A stretch of DNA of 32,000 nucleotides from Pseudodesulfovibrio piezophilus C1TLV30 (lineage in GTDB: Bacteria > Desulfobacterota > Desulfovibrionia > Desulfovibrionales > Desulfovibrionaceae): positions 3,242,411 to 3,274,410 of the forward strand of contig NC_020409.1 in NCBI RefSeq assembly GCF_000341895.1. Reading direction: 5' to 3'. Below are positions 9,280 to 16,347 of the stretch, in pieces. Made by a program: the position numbers and the translations under genes. How positions within the stretch are numbered: position 1 is the first letter of the stretch; each line of letters opens with the position of its first letter. The notes beneath the pieces were generated by a model. The model had not been told where the DNA came from, did no database searches, and was given only the letters and a program-made list of their open reading frames with translations.

Positions 9280-10374
9280 TCATGACGGTATGGCTTGCTG
9301 CCCAGGGGAAGGGACAGGGCGTGTCTGCTTTATTCGTCGTTTGAAATCCGCGATGCCAGGGGCGAAGAGGGTATGCATCAGCATGGCTCCCATAAGTGTT
9401 ATTATCAGCAGTACGCAACCGTTTGGTTCATCCTGGTAGGTCTCGAAAATGGCAATGACAATAAAATGAATCAGATAGAAAGGGTAGCTGATTTGCCCAA
9501 GTACTTTGTCCAGGCGCGAGCGTCGGAATGCACGAAAAATACATGGCATTGTGAAGAGGACCAGCATGGGGAGAAAAAAAGGTTCCAGGTACTCATCAAC
9601 ATCGTTGGCAACGCAGATAAGACCCACAAGGAGTAGGAAGGCGAACGAGTCAAGACCGCTTTGTCTGTCAGGCAGTGATTTGTGAACTCGATAGGCAAGG
9701 ATGCCTCCGCCGAAAAGCCAGAATTCGAGAGGGAAAAAACGGAGAAAGAATTTCATGCTTACAAAAGGAGACATCACAATCAGTATTTTGGCACATAGAC
9801 TGGCTGCGATCAAAAGCAGGAGGGTCTTCGTTTTGAATCTCACGAGGATTGGAACCATGGCATAGAAGATAACTTCCAGTGAGAGCGACCACGCTTGAAG
9901 GACAGGAGCTAGTCGCCAGAGAGCATGCCTGCTGTATTCGACAAAATGTATGCTCCCATCAGGGAGTCGGACCAGGCTGAAAAGGAGTTCCTGCCCCACA
10001 ATGAAGAGTGAAGTAAATGACACGAGCAGGAAGCCTGCTGGATCAGTCAGGAACTTTTTGAGTTCCTGAGCACAGTTCATCGGATGTACATCGAGACTGA
10101 CGATAAGAGCCACGCTGAGTGTCAAAGTGAAAAGGTACATGGGATAAAGTGCCATGAAGCGACTTGCATAAAACGAGCGCGTTGTTTCGTAGGACGTGTC
10201 GAGGATTAGCGCCATGTAAAAACCCGAGATAGCGAAAAAAGACAGTACAGCTTCATGACCATCCACTATCGGGAGATCGAAAGTAGGGAAATGAGAGTTG
10301 AAGACAGCTATGGCCAGGATTATTCGTATAATGCCCATGGAGTATCTCGTTGTCTGTCCCGCCAAAAGAAGCAT
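9280..10374 (-). CDS. Acyltransferase family 3 integral membrane protein (OafA/YrhL-like)
   Basis: Polytopic hydrophobic protein with an N-terminal IILAIAVFNSHF...FFAISGFYMALIL pattern typical of acyltransferase_3. The start is uncertain (11 codons downstream there is an alternative ATG at 10338). Confidence 0.7.
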   Translation of the reverse strand: MLLLAGQTTRYSMGIIRIILAIAVFNSHFPTFDLPIVDGHEAVLSFFAISGFYMALILDTSYETTRSFYASRFMALYPMYLFTLTLSVALIVSLDVHPMNCAQELKKFLTDPAGFLLVSFTSLFIVGQELLFSLVRLPDGSIHFVEYSRHALWRLAPVLQAWSLSLEVIFYAMVPILVRFKTKTLLLLIAASLCAKILIVMSPFVSMKFFLRFFPLEFWLFGGGILAYRVHKSLPDRQSGLDSFAFLLLVGLICVANDVDEYLEPFFLPMLVLFTMPCIFRAFRRSRLDKVLGQISYPFYLIHFIVIAIFETYQDEPNGCVLLIITLMGAMLMHTLFAPGIADFKRRIKQTRPVPSPGQQAIPS

Positions 10375-10442
10375 CCTGCTGTGGTTGGGGCAGCATCGTG
10401 CATGGGCTTTGGGGGATGCTTTGGCATGATGCGGTTTTCGTG

Positions 10443-10484
10443 AAAAAGAGAATAGGCAGGCAGCAAGAAAGTTTTGCTGCCTGC
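10443..10484 (-). terminator. Stem-loop terminator downstream of the SET-domain gene
   Basis: An 11-bp perfect stem, GCAGGCAGCAA (10456-10466) / TTGCTGCCTGC (10474-10484), is followed on the minus strand by CTATTCTCTTTTTCA. Confidence 0.6.
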
Positions 10485-10551
10485 GAGTTATTCTTTCAAA
10501 TTATTTCTTAGCCATTAAAGCCCAAGGGCGAGCGCGGTACGGAGTCTGCGG

Positions 10552-11160
10552 TCATGTAGACTGTCGGTATCGGCTTTCGTTGGTATTGCAAGGCCAGAAC
10601 TGAGGTATAGGGTTCCTCGCCGCAGAGATATGCCCGTAATTTTTTTTCGTCTCACCTTCCATATACTTCATGAGGGGCTGGTGAACTGCTGTGACTTTGT
10701 TTAGGGCACTGATGATTTTGACATCCCAAACTTCGTGGTAGCGTTCCAGGTCATCCGGACGGAGAGCTTTTCGACAGTTGGGACAATTGCATTCCAGAGG
10801 GATGATCTCTTCCAGGTTGAAAAGACCATAATCGTCACATATCTCTTCACCTTCGTGGATATCCCTGAGAGCTATTTCAAATCCGTACCCGGTACTGATG
10901 GTATTGCAGTCACATTTATGATTGACGAATTTGGCATGATCCCAACTCAGGATGCGTATTCCTTTTTCATCAATATAGGAAAATTTGTCCGCGATGGTTT
11001 TATGGTCATCATCCAGCTCATTGAAATCTTTTTCCGAGAGCTCTATTTCGAGTTGATCTTTGACATAAACTATGGTGCCACGGGGGATGTCGGCAGTGGC
11101 AAAAACGCCGTAACCGATGGATGCATTGACAAATCGTACTTCTGTTTTCGGATGAATCAT
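10552..11160 (-). CDS. SET-domain protein lysine methyltransferase with post-SET Cys cluster
   Basis: GYGVFATADIPRGTIVY, FVNHKCDCN (the NHSC-type motif), EEICDDYG (the ELxxDY-type motif) and post-SET CNCPNC are present. The start is set at ATG 11160 (MIHPKTEV) because the 11280 start would overlap the upstream gene by 80 nt. Confidence 0.8.
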   Translation of the reverse strand: MIHPKTEVRFVNASIGYGVFATADIPRGTIVYVKDQLEIELSEKDFNELDDDHKTIADKFSYIDEKGIRILSWDHAKFVNHKCDCNTISTGYGFEIALRDIHEGEEICDDYGLFNLEEIIPLECNCPNCRKALRPDDLERYHEVWDVKIISALNKVTAVHQPLMKYMEGETKKNYGHISAARNPIPQFWPCNTNESRYRQST

Positions 11161-11200
11161 GGTGAAAATCTCTTCGTTTGGGTGGATGTATGAGAAGAGG

Positions 11201-11473
11201 CTACCAGTCGTCGTCGCTCTGGTAATCCATTTCGTCTTCAAGTTTGTAGTTGCGAATCTTGATGCGGTATTCATCTTCACTTTCCGTGATAATGCCCTGT
11301 GCGGTCACCCAGCGGTCTATGTGATCTATCAATTGTTCGCCATTCTCATTGTTTTCGACAAGAAATTCCTCTTCACCATCCACCAGAATGACGATTCCGG
11401 AGACGGCATCGTCGTCCCAGTCCAAAGGCAGGACTTGTCCATACAAAGAATCTTCATATATCTCCAAGGCCAT
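11201..11473 (-). CDS. Small acidic protein of unknown function (90 aa), paralog of 12467..12739
   Basis: A strong RBS (AAAGGAGGTAAATT-ATG) lies 17 nt after the GNAT stop. It shares the pattern G.V.P..WDD...V.G......GE.E..V.N...........GII with the other 90-aa ORF. Confidence 0.7.
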   Translation of the reverse strand: MALEIYEDSLYGQVLPLDWDDDAVSGIVILVDGEEEFLVENNENGEQLIDHIDRWVTAQGIITESEDEYRIKIRNYKLEDEMDYQSDDDW

Positions 11474-11490
11474 AATTTACCTCCTTTTTC

Positions 11491-12054
11491 TTACTGATAT
11501 TGCAGATCACTCTCTTGAGATTCAAGAATGAGGCGATAGACGATGCCCCCATCCGATGGGACAAAGTGTTTATGGAAACGATTTTCGAGTTGAAATTCAT
11601 TTGCCTCATAGAAAAGTCGGGCGTTTTCGTAGGCGCGAGATGCTCCGGTCTCCAGGAATATCCGCTTGCCGGTGCCTGCCGTTACCTGTCGCTTCATCTC
11701 GGAGATGAGGGCTGAACCGATCCCAAGGCGTTGAAATTCAGGGTCAACAGCAATCCCATATAGTTCATACGTCTCGGTCCAATGTGGAATACGGCCGTAG
11801 CAAATGAACCCCACCGTTTTTTCCGTGCCGGATTCGTTGACAGTCGCCTGAAGGAACGTGTGCGTTTCAGAACCATCTCCATATGCACTGTCCCAAGCCA
11901 TGTCTTCGGCAGACATCATGGCGTCGGATGAGAAAAGGCCACTTGCCGCCGCCATGTTCAAGATGTTTTCGACATCTGCGGGTGCGACACCGGAAATGAT
12001 GTGAATTTCACGAACGTCACATGGGCGGATTTCTTCATTGATGATCATGTCCAT
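11491..12054 (-). CDS. GNAT-family N-acetyltransferase
   Basis: Contains the acetyl-CoA-binding motif region LYGIAVDPEFQRLGIGSALISEMKRQV and a GNAT-type C-terminal beta strand. The ATG is 2 nt after the stop of the upstream ORF (GGAGCTAACAATG). Confidence 0.85.
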   Translation of the reverse strand: MDMIINEEIRPCDVREIHIISGVAPADVENILNMAAASGLFSSDAMMSAEDMAWDSAYGDGSETHTFLQATVNESGTEKTVGFICYGRIPHWTETYELYGIAVDPEFQRLGIGSALISEMKRQVTAGTGKRIFLETGASRAYENARLFYEANEFQLENRFHKHFVPSDGGIVYRLILESQESDLQYQ

Positions 12055-12056
12055 TG

Positions 12057-12464
12057 TTAGCTCCGAGTTGCTTCTACCGTCTGTTTGCAGGACGGTATGA
12101 AGGCAATGACCCTGTTGCTGAGAACCCTGTCTTTCATGATGGGCCGTTCATGAGGAAGGGAGCAGACGGCGCAGGCCCGGCATGGGAGCGTCGGGGGATT
12201 CCATGCCGTTCCCTTGAATACCGAGCCTGTGCTGTCGTGTAACAAAGCCCCGGAAACATTCCGGGTGCCCTGAAAAGAGTGCGAGAATTGTCTGTTTATA
12301 AACTCAGCAGATGCGTGCATCTGCGAGGGATTGAGTACTTTGAACCGTTGACCAGGAGTGTGCATCTGGGCGCAGTGCGATCTGCGGTGCTCAAACACCA
12401 GATGAAGACAGAGCACCAGGAACAAAGTCGCACAGGGACAAAAATAATCTGGGAAGAATGACAT
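12057..12464 (-). CDS. Hypothetical Cys/His-rich protein (135 aa) with one N-terminal hydrophobic helix
   Basis: The ORF exactly fills the gap between two supported genes. Its ATG is 2 nt after the upstream stop, with AAAGGAG inside the upstream gene's end, and its stop is 2 nt before the GNAT ATG. A CRACAVC motif is present. There is no recognisable family, it uses several rare codons (AGA, AGG, ATA), and the region is dense in hairpins, so coding status is not certain. Confidence 0.45.
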   Translation of the reverse strand: MSFFPDYFCPCATLFLVLCLHLVFEHRRSHCAQMHTPGQRFKVLNPSQMHASAEFINRQFSHSFQGTRNVSGALLHDSTGSVFKGTAWNPPTLPCRACAVCSLPHERPIMKDRVLSNRVIAFIPSCKQTVEATRS

Positions 12465-12466
12465 GT

Positions 12467-12739
12467 TTAGTCTTCTCCTTTTTCAAGGAGTGTGAAACTT
12501 TCAAGTTGAATAGTTTCCAATAGCCCGGATTTTTTTATTATCCCCGTGAAGATGGCTTCTGATTGCGCCAAGGATTTCAGTGCAGGAAAACTTGTCAAAT
12601 TCACAATTCGAACTTCTCGTTCACCAGGGCATGCCACATGGACTCCGGTCACCTTGAAGTGATCATCCCACTGTTCCGGGACTATCACTCCACGGATAAC
12701 TCCCTTGTGACTTTGTTTGGTGCTTGTTGAGTGTGCCAT
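12467..12739 (-). CDS. Small protein of unknown function (90 aa), paralog of 11201..11473; first gene of the cassette
   Basis: It is the first ORF downstream of the -24/-12 promoter and shares the WDD / GE.E / GII pattern with the second 90-aa ORF. Confidence 0.65.
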   Translation of the reverse strand: MAHSTSTKQSHKGVIRGVIVPEQWDDHFKVTGVHVACPGEREVRIVNLTSFPALKSLAQSEAIFTGIIKKSGLLETIQLESFTLLEKGED

Positions 12740-12774
12740 TTTGTTTCCATCCCCAAAAAAGGGTGACTTCTCTT

Positions 12775-12791
12775 AAGCAGAGGCTGTGCCA
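12775..12791 (-). promoter_or_regulatory. Sigma-54 (-24/-12) promoter TGGCAC-AGCCT-CTGCTT
   Basis: The minus strand reads TGGCACAGCCTCTGCTT with exact GG-N10-GC spacing. The GC lies 38 nt upstream of ATG 12739. A sigma-54 activator gene is directly upstream. Confidence 0.8.
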
Positions 12792-12844
12792 ACATAGATT
12801 TGCTTGAAATGTATGGATTATTTTAGAAACAAAAGCACAAAACA

Positions 12845-12859
12845 AGAACTCTCAGTTCT
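12845..12859. promoter_or_regulatory. Candidate enhancer (UAS) site 1: palindrome AGAACT-CTC-AGTTCT
   Basis: Perfect 6-3-6 inverted repeat ~60 bp upstream of the -24 element. The same motif recurs at 12972 and 13003. Confidence 0.55.
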
Positions 12860-12971
12860 CTCAAAATGGAGGGGAAGGAGGAGGAAAAGACTTTTTCGAG
12901 CTGGAAAGGGAGTGATCTTTAAGAGTGTCTTTTGTAGAAAATCTTTATTTACAAGATGTTACATTCAAATA

Positions 12972-12986
12972 GGAATTCTGAGTTCC
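12972..12986. promoter_or_regulatory. Candidate UAS site 2: GGAATT-CTG-AGTTCC
   Basis: Matches the GAAyTCTsAGTTC motif (5 of 6 bp in the inverted repeat), ~190 bp upstream of the promoter. Confidence 0.5.
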
Positions 12987-13002
12987 TGTTTTGTTGCTTG
13001 AG

Positions 13003-13017
13003 AGACTTCTCAGTTCT
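13003..13017. promoter_or_regulatory. Candidate UAS site 3: AGACTT-CTC-AGTTCT
   Basis: Third copy of the TTCTCAGTTCT core. Its centre is 31 bp from site 2, and it overlaps the stop codon of the activator gene. Confidence 0.45.
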
Positions 13018-14407
13018 TGTTTTTGAAATCAGCCCGATAAAGAGAATGCCGATTCATGAGTTTATTTAACTGCCGAGTTGTCACTCCTGCCCTCTGTGCG
13101 GCGTCTTTCATGATGCCATTACATTGTTCCAGCAGGCTTGTGAGATATTGTTTTTCGAATTTATCCACAGTAATCTGTCTCGCCATTTTGAGCGGAAGGT
13201 CTGTTTTGACGGGTGAGGTGACCACTTCGCCTTGGGTATCAAGAAGGTCGGGAGGGAAGCTTTCGGGATGGAGGATTTCACCTGTTTCGAGAATACAGGC
13301 CCGTTCGATGACATTTTCCAACTCTCGGACATTGCCCGGCCAGTCATACTCCAAGAGAGTGTCGAGTACATGGGGATGCATCCCCTTCAATTCCGTGTTG
13401 AGTTGCCCATTGAATTGCCTGATAAAATATTCTGAAAGTCTTGGGATATCTTCTCGGCGTTCCCGCAAAGACGGGATACGGATTGGGAAAACATTCAGTC
13501 TGTAAAAGAGGTCACGGCGAAATTTGCCATCTTCACAAAGTTTTCCCATGTCTTCGTTGGTCGCAGCGATAATGCGGACATCCACGGGAATATCATGCTC
13601 GCCACCGACACGCTGAATCCGCCTTTCCTGGATGACATTGAGCAGTTTAACTTGCACAGATTGGCTGACAGTTCCTATCTCATCAAGAAAAATGGTGCCG
13701 CCTTGAGCCAGTTCAAATTTTCCGAGTTTGCGGCGAACGGCCCCGGTAAAGGCACCTTTTTCGTGGCCGAAAAGCTCACTTTCAACGAGTGTGTCCGGGA
13801 TTGCCCCGCAGTGAATGCTGATGAATGGTTTCTCTTTACGATTGCTATGGGCGTGAAGGAGTTTGGCTATAAGGCTTTTCCCTGTGCCTGTTTCTCCTGT
13901 GAGAAGAACAGTGGTCCGGGTGCCTGCCACCTGTCTGATTTTGACAAAGACAGCGCGCATGGCTTTGCTGTTGGTATCCACATAATCGAGGAAATCTTCA
14001 TTCCAAAATTGATCTCGCAAATAATCCAGTTCTGATTGGAGGACATCGGATTCCCGGACTTTTTTAACAACCAGTCCCAGTTCCTCTTTCTCTATGGGGT
14101 GCGTCAGGTAATCAAACGCCCCGGCGTTGACTGCGTCCACGGCAAATCCGGTTTGCTCTTCATCTGCCATGACTACAATGGCTGCCGACGGGTAGTGCGT
14201 CCAGAAGCTTTCAAGCGCCTTGTTGATGGATTTATTCGACTCAAGCAGGGACTCCACATCGACGAATACTGTATCGACTTCCCTATCCGGGGGCTGCTCT
14301 CCGGATTCAGTTGCTGTTTCCGTGTGGATTTTTGTATCCTGAAAGAGCAGGCTGCCAATTTCTTCGGAACGATTTCCATCGCGCGTGATGACAAGCATTT
14401 TTCTCAT
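13010..14407 (-). CDS. Sigma-54-dependent transcriptional activator (bEBP) with atypical receiver-like N domain, AAA+ domain and Fis-type HTH
   Basis: [15 protein letters not shown] (Walker A), [15 protein letters not shown] (GAFTGA loop), and a C-terminal HTH ([18 protein letters not shown]). In the N domain the acidic pair is replaced (VITRDG) and the conserved Lys is replaced by His (YLTHP). AGGAGG RBS. Confidence 0.9.
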   Translation of the reverse strand: MRKMLVITRDGNRSEEIGSLLFQDTKIHTETATESGEQPPDREVDTVFVDVESLLESNKSINKALESFWTHYPSAAIVVMADEEQTGFAVDAVNAGAFDYLTHPIEKEELGLVVKKVRESDVLQSELDYLRDQFWNEDFLDYVDTNSKAMRAVFVKIRQVAGTRTTVLLTGETGTGKSLIAKLLHAHSNRKEKPFISIHCGAIPDTLVESELFGHEKGAFTGAVRRKLGKFELAQGGTIFLDEIGTVSQSVQVKLLNVIQERRIQRVGGEHDIPVDVRIIAATNEDMGKLCEDGKFRRDLFYRLNVFPIRIPSLRERREDIPRLSEYFIRQFNGQLNTELKGMHPHVLDTLLEYDWPGNVRELENVIERACILETGEILHPESFPPDLLDTQGEVVTSPVKTDLPLKMARQITVDKFEKQYLTSLLEQCNGIMKDAAQRAGVTTRQLNKLMNRHSLYRADFKNKN

Positions 14408-14492
14408 GTTTGCACGCCTCCTGAAATCCTTTTACTGCCATTGGGACAAACCGACAATGGAAATGTGGAGACTTTGCAGCCGGTTCTTGTTT

Positions 14493-14531
14493 AAAAAAAA
14501 GGGCCTCCGAAATCCTCGGAAGCCCTTTTTT
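14493..14531 (-). terminator. Rho-independent terminator after nhaB (bidirectional shape)
   Basis: GGGCCTCCGA (14501-14510) / TCGGAAGCCC (14516-14525) forms a 10-bp stem with one mismatch. It is flanked by A8 and T6 runs and lies 25 nt downstream of the nhaB stop. Confidence 0.8.
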
Positions 14532-14549
14532 GTGTCTTGATGTGATCTG

Positions 14550-16172
14550 CTACAGAAACAGGTAGACCGCAGCCAGACCTGTGAGAGACATGGTGATAGT
14601 ATAAGGCAATGCCAATGTAACCATTCTGCCGTACGAAAGGCGGATAACCGGAGCCAGTGCACTGGTCAGCAGAAAGAGGAATGCTGCCTGACCATTGGGA
14701 GTTGCCACAGAGGGAATATTCGTCCCTGTGTTAATGGCAACGGCCAGTTTGTCGAAATGCTCCATTGTCTCTTTGACCTGTGTTGCGACATTGGCAGGCA
14801 GAGTTGCGAGCACGTCGGCACGGGCAACGTGGGCGTTGGTCAATTTATCCATCAGCTCCTGTCCGGTCATGCCGATGCCAGGGATGGCGTTCAGCACATG
14901 GACAAAGTGCAGTTTGGTTTCGGATATGTAGACTGTGGCTACGAAGACGTTATCCGAAATTGAGGAGAGCAGGCCGTTGGCAGCATAATAGGCGACAAGC
15001 TGAGTTTGTCCTTTGAGTCTGAGAACGTGGTCGATGATCGGTGTGAAGAGTTCCTGGGAGTGGATGACCGCCACGATGGAGAAAAAGACCACCAGGAGCG
15101 CTGTAAAAGGCAACGCTTCTTCAAAGGCATGTCCAAGCTGGTGCTCTTCCACAATACCGGTAAACGAAGTCAGCAGGACAATGACGGAAAGTCCGATGAG
15201 ACCAACTGCTGCGAGGTGAAAGGCGAGTGCGGTCACAAGCCAGATTCCGGTAAGCGCTTGAATGACCAGTTTCAATCGTCCGCGATCACCTTGCTTCTCT
15301 TCCATTTCAACAGCGGTTTCCAGAAGAAACGACCTGATGTTGCCAGGTAATTGGGCTCCGTAGCCAAAAATGTGGAAATGCTCAACCGCCAGGCAGGTGA
15401 GCAGGCCGACACCGAGTACAGGCATGGTGACCGGCATGGCATGCAGGAAGAAGGGGATGAAATGCCACCCCATTTCTTCTCCAACCAGCAGGTTTTGTGG
15501 CTCTCCAACCAGTGTACACACGCCACCCAGTGCCGTTCCGACAGCGCCATGCATCATCAGATTGCGAAGAAAACCACGGAATTGGTACAGTTCCTCTTTA
15601 CTCGTATCAACAACTAAACCATCCGAGCTCAGATCGTGGTCATCGGTGTGACTTTTTCCGGAGGCAAAGCGGTGATATACATTGTAGAAGCCATAAGCCA
15701 CAGCGATGATAACGGCTGTGACGGTCAGGGCATCAAGGAAAGCCGAGAGCACCGCACCCGCAAGACAGAACATCAGTGCAATGGCTTTTTTCGATTTTGT
15801 CCGAACCAGGATGCGTGTAAAGGTGAATTGCAGAAAGTCCTTCATGAAGTAGATACCTGCCACCATGAAGATAAGCAGGAGAATAACCTCAAAGTTCTTC
15901 TGGGCTTCTTCATAGACTGCATTCGCGGAGGTCATCCCCATGATGACAGCTTCGATGGCCAAGAGTCCGCCCGCTGGCAAGGGATAGCACTTGAGCGCCA
16001 TTGCCAGGGTAAAGATGAATTCTGCGATCAACGCCCACCCGGCCACGAATGGTCCGGCCGTTACGATCAGGATGGGGTTGAGGATGAGAAAGCTTACGAT
16101 GACAAGCTTGTACCATCCCGGAGCGTGCCCGAGAAAAGTTTGGGCAAAGGTTTTAGCAAGTGGTGTCTTCAT
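14550..16172 (-). CDS. nhaB: Na+/H+ antiporter NhaB
   Basis: The N-terminus [23 protein letters not shown] matches the conserved NhaB start (E. coli FLGQSPDWYKL, from memory). It is a ~540-aa polytopic protein with an AAGGAG RBS. Confidence 0.85.
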   Translation of the reverse strand: MKTPLAKTFAQTFLGHAPGWYKLVIVSFLILNPILIVTAGPFVAGWALIAEFIFTLAMALKCYPLPAGGLLAIEAVIMGMTSANAVYEEAQKNFEVILLLIFMVAGIYFMKDFLQFTFTRILVRTKSKKAIALMFCLAGAVLSAFLDALTVTAVIIAVAYGFYNVYHRFASGKSHTDDHDLSSDGLVVDTSKEELYQFRGFLRNLMMHGAVGTALGGVCTLVGEPQNLLVGEEMGWHFIPFFLHAMPVTMPVLGVGLLTCLAVEHFHIFGYGAQLPGNIRSFLLETAVEMEEKQGDRGRLKLVIQALTGIWLVTALAFHLAAVGLIGLSVIVLLTSFTGIVEEHQLGHAFEEALPFTALLVVFFSIVAVIHSQELFTPIIDHVLRLKGQTQLVAYYAANGLLSSISDNVFVATVYISETKLHFVHVLNAIPGIGMTGQELMDKLTNAHVARADVLATLPANVATQVKETMEHFDKLAVAINTGTNIPSVATPNGQAAFLFLLTSALAPVIRLSYGRMVTLALPYTITMSLTGLAAVYLFL

Positions 16173-16308
16173 TCCGATCTCCTTGAACAGAGCAAAAACG
16201 CCTCAATCGTCACGGGGGACATACTTGGTCACCCGTTTCGAGGCGCTTGTTTCCTGGTAATGCTGTATGGTTGAATGTTTATCGAAGTGGCCGGAGGCCT
16301 TATTCCCT

Positions 16309-16337
16309 GAAAATAAACGCCGGGGATATCCCCGGCG
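16309..16337 (-). terminator. Rho-independent terminator after the SLC13 permease gene
   Basis: Perfect palindrome CGCCGGGGATATCCCCGGCG (16318-16337), 11 nt after the stop, followed on the minus strand by TTTATTTTC. Confidence 0.8.
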
Positions 16338-16347
16338 CTCATTTTGT

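Noticed and set aside
10552-11280. The longer 242-aa version of the SET ORF
   Set aside because: Its first 40 codons overlap the upstream 90-aa gene by 80 nt and look non-protein-like. The internal ATG at 11160 begins right at the SET core.
11201-12054. The GNAT plus small adjacent protein as a GNAT-type toxin-antitoxin pair
   Set aside because: The small proteins show no RHH/DUF1778-like features. The genes belong to a five-gene sigma-54 operon rather than an autonomous two-gene module.
12868-12890. Purine run GGAGGGGAAGGAGGAGGAAAAG and the 65-aa plus-strand ORF 12804-13001
   Set aside because: The ORF has an Arg/Lys-rich, low-complexity translation and lies in the enhancer-promoter region of the cassette. 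I treat it as non-coding spacer.
15636-16274. 212-aa plus-strand ORF
   Set aside because: It is antisense to nhaB, and its translation is Cys/His/Asp-rich with no domain pattern.
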